Of a stretch of DNA of 64,000 nucleotides, positions 1 to 13,391 are shown in pieces (position 1 is the first letter of the stretch; each line of letters opens with the position of its first letter). The translations under genes were made by a program, and so were the position numbers. The stretch spans positions 8,246,001 to 8,310,000 of the forward strand of contig OX597832.1 of NCBI GenBank assembly GCA_951406725.2, given 5' to 3'. A model generated the notes under the pieces. It did no database searches and was not told where the DNA came from. It was given only the letters and a program-made list of their open reading frames with translations. Origin of the DNA: Octopus vulgaris. Its lineage: Eukaryota.

Positions 1-39
1 TCTGCCAGCTCGTCGCCCGTAACTGACACCCATATTCTT

Positions 40-175
40 TTCTACTCTAAGCACAAAGCTAGAAATTATTAGAGATGGAGCTAATCGATTACATCGACCC
101 GACCCCATACGCAACTGGTACTTAATTTATCGACACTGAAAGGATGAAAAGCAAAGTCGACCTCGGCGCAATTCG
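40..175 (-). mobile_element. SINE family B fragment (Meta-like central domain)
   Basis: Reverse complement reads ...CCGAGGTCGACTTTGCTTTTCATCCTTTCAGTGTCGATAAATTAAGTACCAGTTGCGTA..., the same core as the copies at 25338-25845, 22480-22870 and 61383-61485. Confidence 0.75.
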
Positions 176-1933
176 ATAACTTATACAAATATTACAAAGT
201 TGATGGTAAAAATCTTATAACTACCATTTTAAGAATGAAAGTATTAGTGTGCAAAATATGATTGCAATGGCTGGAAAGAAATTAATACGTTTGTTTCTTG
301 AGTACTGATATGGGACTAAACAACAACTCTGACTGCAACTATAATAAAATTATGCATATTGTATTTTTAAGCACATGTATAAAAAAAACACACACCAAAG
401 AAACTGAAGAACAATCATGAAAATACTTATATCATTATCTCATTCAAGTGCGTAAAAGTCTTGATGTAACAGAGACAAGTGATGTTATTATATAGCATTT
501 ATATAGAAGTAGAAAAATAGAGAAATTAGTCTATGCAATTCTGTGAACTTGTGGTTTATGTAATCTTACTTTAGCAAAGACACGTTGTAAGATTATACTG
601 CATAATCTGATCGAAATAATTGTATCTACATTCATCAGTGAGATGTAATTTGTATATCGTTTTTCATTTTATTCGACACACTTTTAATTTATTCATTGAA
701 AATCTTGTCTCTCTTTACACATACGTGATTTTCCAAGTTTCACAGTCGTTAACTGAGTTCCAGCTACCAGTTACCATATTCTATTACCTCACTATTCGAT
801 GAGTTTGCTTATGTCAATATTTCTCTGAGGACTGCTTCCTCCGTTACGGCTCGATAAAAGTGATGGCCTTTTCTGCAATAAATTATACACATACATACTG
901 TTATGAGTATGCACGTACACACACACACACAGACAAACACATATACACACGTACTTATACATACATGGTAGATTATTTAAATATTATTGTGATTTAAACA
1001 TTCATTCTCAGTGATAGTATCGGTAAAAAGATTTAATTTTATTACAACTAAATAAGCAACTAGTGTGTGCATAGCATTATCGACGCCGGTCTGACTGCAC
1101 TGTTAATAATATTTCGAGAAGAATCTATTCAAAATTCTGGGTGATACGATAGCAAAACTATCGTTTGATGTATGCTGATGGCTTCTAAACTGTTCGTGAA
1201 TAGTTATTCAATGTCACACAGTCGAGAAATATATATATGTGTTTAACAGGATGTAATTTACACGATGTACTTTCCAAATTTGCATTTTCATCTCGTAATA
1301 CGCCAGCAGAGACGCATTCACACGCACACAAACACATTCACACACACATACACACACTCATGCTTGTATAGAAACAGATTTATACAGAGGCACATTCGCG
1401 CACACATACACTGAATCGTGTATATATATATGTATATGAAATAAAAGACGCATCCTGACACACATTGTTGTTATGTGTATGTAGATAAGTTATCCGTCTA
1501 AATATGTGGACATTTATGTATGTGAATACACACACACACACACACACACAAACGCAAACACACGTACACACATATTGTGCTGTTGGGACAGGCGTTCGAA
1601 GATACGGATTCTTTTGTTTGATCGGCTCCTGAATCATCCTGTGACTTCCAGGGCATTCCACATAATCGTGGAACCTTAATTTAATTTTCAAGCAGAATAA
1701 TTACGTCGCAGTGCATAATAAAACTGCACCTTATGAATTGCTGATATAATCTTTGCAAGTATCGTGTATGATATGTCTGTATACCTAATCTCACTCGTCG
1801 CAATGAATGTTTTTTTTAGGCGAGGGTGTACAGAACGGAATTTGTTTAAGATGCTAGGCAACTATATTGAATCTGGGAACCGCTTGGTGATTGCGAAACA
1901 AACATATTCATTATTCAGCCATACTGCGCTACA

Positions 1934-2110
1934 TTCCTTCCTTCCTTCCTTCCTCCCTTCCTTCCTTCCTTCCTTCCTTCCTTCCTTCCTTCCTTCCTTC
2001 CTTCCTTCCTTCCTTCCTTCCTTCCTTCCTTCCTTCCTTCCTTCCTTCCTTCCTTCCTTCCTTCCTTCCTTCATTCATTCATTCATTCATTAGTTCGTTC
2101 GTTCATTCAT
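1934..2110. repeat. (TTCC)n microsatellite grading into (TTCA)n
   Basis: Direct reading. Confidence 0.97.
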
Positions 2111-2146
2111 GCATGCATATATACATATATACACACATACTCTCTC

Positions 2147-2551
2147 TTTTTACTCTTTTACTCGTTTCAGTCATGTGACTGCGGACATGCTGGAGCACCG
2201 CCTTTAGTCGATCAAATCGACCTCAGGACTTATTCTTTGTAGGCCTAGTACTTATTCTATCGGTGTCTTTTTTGCCGAAACGCTAAGTCACGGGGACGTA
2301 AACACACCAGCATCGGTTGTCAAGCGATGTTGGGGTACAAACACAGACACACAAACACGCACATACATATACATATATACATATATACGACGGGTTTCTT
2401 TCAGTTTCCGTCTACCAAATCCACTCACAAGGCTTTGGTCGGCTCGAGGTGATAGTAGAAGACACTTACCCAAGGTGCCACGCAGTGGGACTGAACCCGG
2501 AACCATGTGGTTCGTAAGCAAGCTACTTACCACACAGCCACTCCTACGCCT
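2147..2551 (-). mobile_element. SINE family A, full length (tRNA head, CORE-like domain, internal TA/TG microsatellite, hairpin tail)
   Basis: Minus strand starts AGGCGTAGGAGTGGCTGTGTGGTAAG (A box) then GGTTCAGTCCC (B-box-like) and CCTTGGGTAAGTGTC, and ends GCAGTCACATGACTGAAACGAGTAAAAGAGTAAAA; many near-identical copies in the window. Confidence 0.9.
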
Positions 2552-2829
2552 ATACATGCACAAACACACAAACACAAACATACGCACACACATATGTATG
2601 TATACATGCATATATGTCTGTCTAACTGTCTATTTGCCTGCATGTCTGTTTGTATGTATATGTATGCACCTTCAGTGTGTGACTGTGTGTGTATAGTGAA
2701 TGCGCGTGAACTCCACAAATGCTTACTAGAAAGTAACGCAATGTCGAAATCAGATACAAAGGGCTAAATCAGCTGAAGAGGATGGTAACAAATTTAACGT
2801 TTACAATTTTGACGGTAATAAAGACAGAC

Positions 2830-2975
2830 TGAATAATGTGAATCAAGACTTTCAGAAGGTCCTCAGAGAGAACTTTGGCCATTTTCTAGGAAGTGGAGTG
2901 TTCAAATTTTAGGGGTGATGTGAAATTATTTTTCAGGGAATGGCCTCCTCTTGGTTCTCCGGATGTCTAAGCGTT
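2830..2975 (+). pseudogene. Possible Tc1/mariner transposase scrap
   Basis: GAATGGCCTCCTCTTGGTTCTCCGGATGTC translates [10 protein letters not shown], resembling the WPPxSPDLNP motif; very short. Confidence 0.3.
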
Positions 2976-3007
2976 ATAAAGAGTAATCTGTCTATCTACT
3001 TCCCTCC

Positions 3008-3400
<393 letters not shown>

Positions 3401-3401
<1 letters not shown>

Positions 3402-4560
3402 GGGATCAAAAAGAGGCCGAGGAAGGGCGAATGGCACCGCGAGTGCCGCGTTGCTCTCAAGCAACTCTGCCGTCCTGGGTCAAGCTTCAGTGACTCCATC
3501 ACAGCCAAAGCATTCTGTAGGGGATTAGTGGAGGGGAGGTACGACGACGAGCTCGGGGCGAACCTGGACGTCGACGAGGAATACCTGACTCGCCTGTTCA
3601 GGACGACTTTCGGGCCAGGGCCCATGGACAACTTCTAGAGATCCATGGCCTGGCAGTGCTACCGAGTAGCGCTACCCGTTCGGGATAAGCTCTACAGACA
3701 CGACTCGAGAAACACGGGGCCGACCTGCCCGAGATGCGGTCAGAGCGACGAAACCGTTCTGCACGCACTCGTGCAGTGTCCAACAATTTTCGACCTGTGG
3801 ACTTATGTCGAACAACTGCTGTCACGTGTGGGACGAGTCGGTTTATCAGCTGAGTCTATCGTCAATATTGTCACGCCTCCTTCCTTTAAACGAGAAGGAA
3901 GAGCTATTTTCATCATCCTTGTGGCTATGGCGAAAGAATGTATCTGGTGGACGCGTCTGAAAGGATTGGAGACAAACACTTTCCTCTCTGGTCAAGCTCT
4001 CATCAACTTCTTCAAGTTCCACTTGAAAAGGAAAGTGAGAGTAGAGAGGCAAGTTTTGTCTAGCGAACGTTGTAAAAAAAGATGGGTGAATGTAGCAAGG
4101 ATGGCACGTATGAATGACGAAGCCACCTATAGCATAATCCTATGAACCCAGAAATTGAAAAGAGAGGGTTACCCACTTGCAAACAAATGTGGTAACATAT
4201 AACAATATTGACCAAAGTTACCGTGGTCTTTTTCGTAGGCTTTTCTTCCCACGGATAAACCTTACTTGCTTTCCCCTTTACACCATACATCAAGACACTG
4301 TGATACACGATCCCTATTGATCATTTTCTTTTCCTCTTCCACTTTTTTCCTCTTTTTTCTTCTTTTTTCATTTTTCTTTTCTTTTCTTCCTTTTCTCTTT
4401 TTTCTTTTTTTCTTTTCCCTTTTCATTTTTTTCCCTTTTACGATCCCTTTTGATCGAAAACCTACGCCACCTTTTTTTTTTCTTTCATCCCCCAAAAGAA
4501 AAGCTCTACCTTGTAACTTGTCCCATCTGTGTGCAGCCCTGTGTGGCCAATAAATAAATT
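3401..4560 (+). mobile_element. 5'-truncated Tx1/L1-clade non-LTR retrotransposon (ORF2 C-terminus plus 3' UTR)
   Basis: One frame runs 3401-4145, broken by a single TAG at 3636-3638; it contains the zf-RVT-type CCHC knuckle CPRCGQSDETVLHALVQC, with W/LP motifs upstream (AWQCYRVALPVRDKL). Pyrimidine-rich 3' UTR ends in AATAAATAAAT; (TATC)n on both sides. Confidence 0.85.
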
Positions 4561-4623
4561 TATCTATCTATCTATCAATCTATCTATCCATCTATCTATC
4601 CATCCATCCATCCATCCATCCAA

Positions 4624-4689
<66 letters not shown>

Positions 4690-4698
4690 GTCTTTCTG

Positions 4699-4750
<52 letters not shown>
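4561..4750. repeat. (TATC)n/(TCCA)n, right flank of the LINE
   Basis: Direct reading. Confidence 0.95.
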
Positions 4751-4751
<1 letters not shown>

Positions 4752-4809
4752 ACATACATACATACATGCATACATACGTACATACATATATAAATGTATA
4801 TATATATGC

Positions 4810-5002
4810 ATATCTAGATATGCAATTATATGCATGAGTATGCATACATATAGAAAAAATACAAATCTGCACATATGCATATATATATACGTAATACATA
4901 CATACATGCAAACATACATACAAACAAGAATACACTGTTGTTGATGTTGAAATTCCAATGAAGGTTCTTTGGAGTTAGGTTAGAAACCGACTCTTTCTCC
5001 AT
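4810..5002 (+). mobile_element. 3' UTR fragment of the R4/Dong-like LINE family
   Basis: Matches 17330-17535 (CTAGATATG.AATT...ATACAAATCTGCACATA...GTTGAAATT.CAATGAAGG...TAGGTTAGAAACC). Confidence 0.65.
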
Positions 5003-5004
5003 TA

Positions 5005-5352
5005 CTTCTTTACTTGTTTCAGTCATTTGACTGTGGCCATGCTGGAGCATCGCCCTTAGTCGAGCAAATCAGCCACAGGACTTATTCTTTGTAAGCTTAG
5101 AACTTATTCTATCGGTCTCTTTTGCCGAACCGCTAAGTTACGGGGACGTAAACACACCATCATCGGTTGTCAAGCGATGTTGGGGGGACAAACACACACA
5201 CACATATACAAATACATATATACGATGGACTTCTTTCAGTTTCCGTCTACCAAATCCGCTCACAAGTCTTTGGTCGGCCCAAGGCTATAGTAGAAGACAC
5301 TTGGCCAAGGTGCTACGCAGTGGGACTGAACCCTGAATCATATGGTTCGTAA
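5005..5352 (-). mobile_element. SINE family A, 5'-truncated
   Basis: Homologous to 2147-2551. Confidence 0.9.
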
Positions 5353-6096
5353 ATATATCTATATATATCTATATTTGTGTGTGTTTGCGTGCGCATGTGT
5401 GCGCATCGCAGAGAACTGCAGTGACCATTTATTTGTATACTATAATTGTTTAACTCTTTATTTAATACCAGAGGACCGGTGAAGGCTATAGGAGTTGCTT
5501 CTTCCAATAGACTTTGAAAACTAATTAAAGAATGCTTTCAGAAATCTTCACAGACGTATTAAGTGAACAAGTGGAAACTCTATGCTGACAAAATAGCTGC
5601 GGACTTGGTGATCTATAATATATTAGTGAAATTTATATTAATCCGAACAGAAGAGTGTTAACGTAACTTTAAATTGGTCGCACGCTCACTCGCGTTTAAA
5701 ATATTCAAAACTGCCTTAGTAAAATTTTGATAATATCGATAAAAGTGCATATCGGCTGTAGACATCTCTATCTAAGCAATGTATCCTGAGAATACTAGGT
5801 AAAGCAATAAGAGAGATGTAAATGAGATAATACTGTAATAGCCTTATAGCCGATATATAATGATAGAGATATGACATATGATAATATATATGGCAACGGA
5901 GTGGAGCAGCTGTTATGTAAAATGATAGCACGTCTTATGATATTTACTTAGGTTGACAATGTGGCCTTTCAGTTCTTCAGTGTTTATAGAATAAAATTCT
6001 ATTTCAATATTGGAGTCTAAAAGAATTTTAGGGATTGTACATATGGTACAATCAGGATGGTACATTCAATCAATCAATCAATGCATTTGTGTATGT

Positions 6097-6335
6097 AAGG
6101 TAATATGTACAATATTTCGGTGGGCATGATAAAACTCCGAGTTTCGGATGTCGGGGCGGAAATCCATGCCGCCATCTCCTCAGTTATACTGCCATAGGGA
6201 AAAATGCTAAAACAACGAGTTTTATCATGGCTACCGAATAATTGTCACATATTACATTTACAGATAAATTCCTGTATTTACATAATATCGAGGTCTCTTT
6301 CATTCTTTTGTTGTCTTACCATTTCTATCAATATA
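6097..6335. mobile_element. Penelope-like terminal-repeat fragment with internal inverted repeat
   Basis: 6097-6140 is an imperfect inverted copy of 6216-6260; the spacer carries a hammerhead motif; same family at 6617-6790 and 52998-53145; abuts (TA)n. Confidence 0.65.
6123..6193 (-). ncRNA. Type I hammerhead ribozyme motif
   Basis: Minus strand: GGCAGT-ATAA CTGAGGA GATG...CATCC GAAA CT[CGG]AG TT TTAT-CATGCC. Core CUGANGA/GAAA, stems I-III can form, GUU cleavage triplet. Confidence 0.7.
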
Positions 6336-6373
6336 TATATTCTCTTATATATTTCAATCCAATGACTGTAGCC

Positions 6374-6409
<36 letters not shown>

Positions 6410-6525
6410 ATGTGTGTATGTGTAACGGAAGTTTAGAAAAATAACCGTTTTTTCATATTCATATCTAGCGTGAACTAGACATCTCTTCAGTTTTCCTATG
6501 ATATTCTAACGAAGATATATATAAG

Positions 6526-6526
<1 letters not shown>

Positions 6527-6616
<90 letters not shown>
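6527..6616. repeat. (TA)n
   Basis: Direct reading. Confidence 0.97.
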
Positions 6617-6622
<6 letters not shown>

Positions 6623-6790
6623 GTAAAAACGGTAAGATAACAAAAGAAAGAAAGAGACCTCAATATTATGTAAATAGAGGAAATTTATCCGTAAAATAAT
6701 ATGTGACAATTATTCAATAGCCAAGATAAAACTCTGAGTTTCGGATGCCGAGGTGGAAATCCACAACACCATCTCTTCGGGTATCTGGCC
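6617..6790 (-). mobile_element. Penelope-like terminal repeat with decayed hammerhead (6719-6790)
   Basis: Inverted relative to 6216-6335. Minus strand: GGCCAGATAC CCGAAGA GATG...CATCC GAAA CTCAGAG TT TTATCTTGGC (core U4 changed to C). Confidence 0.65.
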
Positions 6791-7209
6791 ATATACATAT
6801 GACACAGGCACCATGTGCATGTATGTATGGTCTGAGATGTAGATACTCAGTGTGTATACAGGAGTGCATGTAAATATGTATATATGTACGTATGCATTAT
6901 GAAGATTATATAGACAGTAGGGCTGAAGATGCATCTTCGCAAGAAAAATAAACTTAATAGCCATATAACTAATACGATCGTATTGAATCTTTGTTGTAAT
7001 GAGGTTTGTAAACAATGGTTAGTGAGTGTAGCGTCTTCCATATATTCTTTAAATGTGTCCCATTTTGCAAACCAGTGGGAATTTAATGGCATATTCTGTG
7101 GTGCAGTTACTGATTTCTTTTTAATTATCATTACAATTTCTGCTTTGCCCTTCACGCCATTTGGCATGCTTAACATTAGGAAGTTTCACCATAGATGTTC
7201 GCTCTCTCG

Positions 7210-7255
<46 letters not shown>

Positions 7256-7559
7256 ATGTGTGTGTAGTGGGTGTGTGTGGGTGGTGTGGGTGTGTGTATA
7301 CATATATAGATAAATGTATGTAAATATTTATATGTATAAATATATATACATATGTATGTATGTATTATGTATCTGTTGATATATATATATATGTTGATAT
7401 ATATCTCTAAGAATATTGCATGTGTATATATTCTGAGGCACCGGGGCATACATAATTCTGTTACGAATAGAATTTGGATGAATGAGTTTGGAAGCGCCAA
7501 CAATTTTGCCTCAGTAGAAAAGAAAACATTATGGTAAGGGTGATGATGGCGATGAGTAT

Positions 7560-7614
7560 GTTAATAATAATGATAATAATAATAATAATAATAACAACAA
7601 CAACAACAACAACA

Positions 7615-7650
<36 letters not shown>

Positions 7651-7821
7651 GTAATAATGATGATGATGATGATGATGATAATAATAATAATGATAATAAC
7701 AATAATAGTAATAATAATAATAATAATGATAATAATAATAACAATAATATTAATAATATTAATAATAACGATGATGATGATGATGATGATAATGATAATG
7801 ATAATGATAATGATTATGATA

Positions 7822-7854
<33 letters not shown>

Positions 7855-7914
7855 ATGATGATGATGATGATGATAATGACAATAACAATAATAATAATAA
7901 TAATAATAATAATA
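7560..7914. repeat. (AAT)n/(GAT)n/(AAC)n compound trinucleotide array
   Basis: Direct reading. Confidence 0.97.
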
Positions 7915-8320
7915 GACCTTAACCAGTTGACCATGTCCCTTAGTGGCTGACGATATGTGCATCTCTGATCACGAGCAGAAGTAGTGGGGGAGCATCATAG
8001 CCATGTGTTGACAGGGATTCTTTGGGGTTTGAATAGTTCACCTCTGGAAACATGGGTGTTTTTTTCAACATCCTTAAACAACCCTTATTCAGGAACCGTT
8101 TGAGCGGGATGGGCTACTCAACCTGAATAAAATTCTAACTGGGCCCCACCTGCAAGGTCATGTGCTGTTTATCTTGATATGAGATCACCATGTCGCGCAC
8201 ATATGGTTGTGATGCATGTGCCTAGTGTACCTTTATCAGACGGGTAGTCATGATGGGTATATTGGGCTTCGTATATTTTACCCCAGTGTCACTTTGATGG
8301 CATGAACTGCTCTCTCACTC

Positions 8321-8345
<25 letters not shown>
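7915..8345 (+). mobile_element. Non-coding insert inside (AAT)n; probable 3' UTR of a 5'-truncated microsatellite-targeting LINE
   Basis: Sharp-edged, higher-GC 400-bp block with (AAT)n on both sides, ending ...CTCTCTCACTC(AAT)n; no ORF. Confidence 0.45.
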
Positions 8346-8351
<6 letters not shown>

Positions 8352-8881
8352 GACCCTGAAGATAAGTACACTAATACTTACATTATTGTTGCAGTTATTT
8401 TTAATGACACTGCTGGTGGTACGGTTGCTCATTACCATCCTAATCACGATCATGCTTATAATGATTATAACAGATATGGTAATACTGATAATGGTCATAA
8501 TAATGCATTGGACCGCTACTGCAGAGGACGAAGATGATAGCGAATATGACGATTATGATGATGTTTATGGTGATGATATTGAAAGTGAGATTCATGGTGG
8601 TGATGGTGATGATGATAGTGATGATGATGATGACAATGGTGATGGTATGAAGGAAGATCAATGGATAAATGAAGAAGACGACGCCAGATTTTAACAGGCT
8701 TAGATTGAGATAAAGTAATTAAGTAAAACTGATTTCGCATTGAACGAGGCACAATGACACATACGTACGTACGTACACACTCCCTCCCACACATACACAC
8801 ACATATATTCATATATATATAAATATATGTATATATACGTACATATTTAGTCTTATGCACAAGTATGCATACGTATGTGTG

Positions 8882-9305
<424 letters not shown>

Positions 9306-9694
9306 ACACATACTGATTTATATATACATAAGCAAATATGTAAATATATTTTTCAATGCGGTACTACAAAAGCATATCTTTATATCTGTCTATTGTTTTT
9401 CTCTGTGTATTTATTGCGTAGGAGAAATAAGATTCAGAGAATCGTAATCTGAATTGTTATATTTCATTCTCTAAGAACAGAAGGAACAGGAAATGGAAAA
9501 GGAAAACGCTGATAGTGATGACTGCGAAGATGAACATCATAATGATAATAATGCTAATGATCATTGGTGATGATGATGAGGAGGAGGATAAGAATGTTAG
9601 CGATGATAGTAATGATTTTGATGACGCTAATGATGATGGTGATGATGACTGTCGAACTCCACAATGATGATGGCGAGGAACAGTAGCTTGGATA

Positions 9695-9895
9695 CTCTTT
9701 ACTCATTTACTCTTTTACTCGTTTCAGTCATTTGACTGCGGCCATGATACAGTACCGCCTTTAGTCGAACAATTCGACCCCAGGACTTATTCTTTGTAAG
9801 CCTAGCACTTATTCTATCGGTCTCTCTTGCCGACCGCTAAGCTAAGGGGACCTAAACACACCAGCATCGCTTGTCAAGCGATGTTGAGGTGACAA

Positions 9896-9954
<59 letters not shown>

Positions 9955-10120
9955 TACGACGGGCTTCTTTCAGTTTCCGTCTACCAAATCCACTCAAAGG
10001 GATTTGGTCGGCCCGAGGCTATAGTAGAAGACACTTGCCCAAGGTGCCACGCAGTGGGACTGAACCCGGAACCATGTGGTTCGTAAGCAAGCTACTTACC
10101 ACACAGCCACTCCTGCGCCT
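9695..10120 (-). mobile_element. SINE family A, full length
   Basis: Homologous to 2147-2551; head AGGCGCAGGAGTGGCTGTGTGG. Confidence 0.92.
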
Positions 10121-10166
10121 ATGTGTCTACGTCTTTCGTCGCTTTGTAGAATGCAGAGTCCGAAGC

Positions 10167-10572
10167 TCTTTTACTCTCTTTTACTCTTTTACTATTTGTT
10201 TCCGTGATTTGACTGCGGCCATGCTGGAGCAACGTCTTTAGTCGAGCAAATCGACCCCAGGACTTATTCTTTGTAAGCCTATTCTAAGCTTTGTGAGCTT
10301 ATTCTATCGGCCACTATTGCTGAACTGCTAAGTTGCAGGGACGTAAACAGACCAGCATCGGTTGTTAAGCCATGTTGGCGGGGGGGGGGCAAACATAGAT
10401 ACACACACATATATATACATATATACGACGGACTTCTTTCAGTGTCCGTCTACCAAATCCACTCAGAAAGCTTTGGTCGACCCGAAGCTATTGTCGAAGA
10501 CAGTTGCCCAAGGTGCCACGCAACAGGACTGAACCCGTAACCATGTGCTACTTAGCACACAGCCACTCCTAC
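10167..10572 (-). mobile_element. SINE family A, more diverged copy in tandem with the previous one
   Basis: Homologous to 2147-2551, with a deletion in the head. Confidence 0.88.
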
Positions 10573-10874
10573 AGCTTTTTTTTTTCTGATGGTAAGTACA
10601 GGTTTGTTTTTTCACGCCAAACTCAAATTGGCGCACATTCAATTCTGCTGTGTAGTATGTTGAGTAAGATGTCTTTTACCGTAACCTCATGCTTACTCAA
10701 GGAGCGAATTAGCCGATTACGTGGTTGTAGAATGATGATGATACTTGATTAATTTCAGTTTTGCCGATCTTCAAAATATTTCGTGAATGCTCGTTTTTCT
10801 TGATAGGCAATAACATATGAAGGGTTGAAACGACGGAGTTTTAATTACACTATGTATCAAATTGTAGAATTACT

Positions 10875-11124
10875 TGGCTTAGTGGTTGGCGTGTCAGCAC
10901 CATGATCGTAAGATTGTGGTTTTGATTCCTGGACCGGGCGACGCATTGTCTTCTTGAGCAAAACACTTCACTTCACGTTGCTCCAGTTCACTCACCTGGC
11001 AAAAATGAGTAAAGTTGCGATGGACTGGCGTCCCGTCCAGCTGGTGAACACATAAGCCATAGAAACCGGGAAACCGGGTCCATGAGCGTGACTAGGCTTT
11101 AAAAGGGCGAATTTATTTATTTAT
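10875..11124 (+). mobile_element. tRNA-derived SINE family C (V-domain-like)
   Basis: TGGCTTAGTGGTT (A box), GGTTTTGATTCC (B box), TTCTTGAGCAAAACACTT, GCGATGGACTGGCGTCCCGTCCAG (V-SINE-like), (TTTA)n tail. Confidence 0.75.
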
Positions 11125-11444
11125 GTATCAAATTAAAATGCTTTGCGGCTGCCTGCAGTTCTATAATCAAAATGGATCCGTTTGGCCTCGCTAACTAGGC
11201 ACCAACACTATTTTATTGTGAGAGAAGAATACGTCATTTCGGTCACAATTTTTTCTATCAACATGATTTATGGTTTTTTAATTTAGGAATGTCTATCGTT
11301 TCACTCTATCCGATAGAAATAGTAGGAAAATCTGCATCCAGTTCTACGTGAAGATATGAATGGGGAAATAACACATTTGATAATGCGGTCTTACACTGGC
11401 ATTTTTCAGAGTCACTAAGAGGGATAGATCTTGGCACCTTCGGT

Positions 11445-11575
11445 TTAAACATTCCTTTCTATCATAGGCTCATGGCTTGAAATTTATGGCGTGGGGAAGA
11501 ACGTCAAAACGATTGTCTCGAACCTAATACTTGACTGGCACTTATTTTCTTGTCCCTGAAAGGCAAATTGAACCT
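11445..11575 (-). mobile_element. SINE family B, decayed
   Basis: GACTGGCACTTATTTT...CCTGAAAGGCAAATTGAACC matches the family-B core. Confidence 0.55.
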
Positions 11576-11599
11576 AAATGGAATTGTAACGCGGAAAGT

Positions 11600-12199
11600 A
11601 CAGTTGGACGCATCTATTGGTACTCTGCTTGATTTGCACCAGAGTCTCCGGTTTGTTGACGTACACTCTCTCTTTCAGATATCCCAACAAGAAAATCCGG
11701 GCTAGTGAAGTCTGAGGAACATGAAGGCCAGTTGACATTGGCGTGGTGGGAGATTGTTCTCTCTCCCTCCAAAGCACTGCCGTGGCAACTGCATTGTATC
11801 ACTTGCGGGATGAGCAATTACCCCATCTTGATAGAACCATGTGTGAGGTCTAATTTGAATGGCATTAACGTTCCCCAAAGAGAGGGTTTAGGTCACCAAA
11901 CCGGAGACTGGTGCAACTGAAGGAGAATATCAGAAGAGAAATCAGAGAAGTGAGGTCTGAATCTCACTTCTCTGAGGGTGTTATGGTGCAAGTTTTTGAA
12001 ATAGCATGGCCGTGTGAAGTCGAAAATGGCTGCCATTTCCTTCCATCCTTCCTTCCTATTTTTCCTTTCTTCCTCTCTTTGTTTCTTATGCATATTAATT
12101 TTCATTATGTTCTTTATATTGTATCATCGTTTCATTTATTTATTTGTAAAGTTTAGGACGTTATGAAAAATGAAACCTATCAGTGACTTTTCGGACACC

Positions 12200-12203
<4 letters not shown>
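11600..12203. mobile_element. Rearranged Tc1/Tc3-like transposon remnant
   Basis: Minus frames give WPSCSSDFTSPDF and GYLKERVYVNKPETLVQIKQ; plus frame 11911 gives QLKENIRREIR...CEVENGCHF (transposase C-terminus); terminal GTGACTTTTCGGACACCCTG-TA resembles the TIR at 23898-23918. Confidence 0.65.
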
Positions 12204-12262
<59 letters not shown>

Positions 12263-12331
12263 AGATTACCAAGTATGGAATTTGTAGAAAAGAAAAAGTT
12301 TGCTAATGTTTGATAAATACAAGAAATAGTT

Positions 12332-13288
12332 TTATCCATCAAAGTATGCACTTAAATTGTTTATACAGTTTTGCCATTTCAGCGGCAGCTTCTCCGCCCA
12401 GGAACTGTAAAAGCCTGCCAATCCAGAGTCAATAAACTCTTAGAAGGCCTGTTTTACAGCATCGCCGGTATGATTTTTTTTCCTATCAAGAATTTATCCA
12501 AATTCTGGATGGAGTAGTAGTCAGTGGGAGCAAGATCAGGTCAGTATGGTGGATGATAGTTAACTTCCAACTCCAAATCCTGTAGTTTCGCCAATGTCAT
12601 TTTTGCGACGTGATGTATGCCGTTGTCTTGCAATGAAATATGAGTGGATCTGTTGACTAATCTAGGCTGTGTATTTTTAAGTTTCTGCATCATTTGGTCC
12701 AGTTGGCTGTAGTACACTTCGGCTGTGATTGATGAACCAGGTTTAATGAAATCATAATGGATCACACCAACACTTGACCACCAAACATACACCATCAGCT
12801 ATTTGGTGAATTTTGCTGTTTAGAATGTTTTGGTGGCTCGTCTTTGTCCAAACGTTGTGTTGAAGTTTATGGTCGTTGTATTGGATCCAATTCTATTCAC
12901 ATGTTAGAATTTGATTAAAAAATTATTCATTTTTTGTGATGAGAATGTACCATAAAGCAGGCTTCCAAACGTTACTGTTTCTGATTTTCATAGAGTTCAC
13001 CCGACTTTTTCACTTTACCGATTTGAACTAGGTGAGTCAATATTTTTTGAATGGTAACACCAAACAACAACGGTAAGGATCTGAGTCGACGGTGGCTTTC
13101 AGTTCACCAGTCTCACCTTTGTTTCTGGTCCACCATGTTACTCATTTCTGAGGTCAAAGTTACCAGAACGAAATTTTGCAAATATTATTAGAACGAAATA
13201 CTCTATTAATATTCCGAGCTGTCTCTGATGCTGTATTTCCAAGAAAAAACTCTTATTTGAAAACTGTACTAATTTCCGACGTATCCAT
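12332..13288 (-). pseudogene. Mariner (DD34D) transposase pseudogene
   Basis: N-terminus MDTSEISTVFK*EFFLGNTASETARNINRVF; VYVWWSSVGVIHYDFIKPGSSITAEVY; LQDNG; HPPY*PDLAPTDY (YSPDLAPxD motif); C-terminus KWQNCINNLSAYFDG*; contains stops and frameshifts. Confidence 0.9.
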
Positions 13289-13391
13289 CTCTAAACAAAA
13301 ATAGCAAAACATGATTTATAAGTGCTTTACAAAGCGCAAAACGAGTTAAAATAAATAAATAGATGTGTCAGATTTCTAACAAAAAGTATTG

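Noticed and set aside
2317-2517. Recurrent ORF ...[40 protein letters not shown]
   Set aside because: Antisense translation of SINE family A
6242-6436. Recurrent ORF MSHITF... (also at 53053)
   Set aside because: Repeat-derived, TTG start, runs into a microsatellite
6929-7176. Possible LINE endonuclease-RT linker (AKWDTFKEYMED, minus strand)
   Set aside because: Single weak motif, insufficient to call
8386-8694. ORF with hydrophobic N-terminus and acidic tail, resembling a secreted acidic protein
   Set aside because: Lies in degenerate (GAT/AAT)n low-complexity DNA; similar tracts occur at 9510-9680 and 32030-32250
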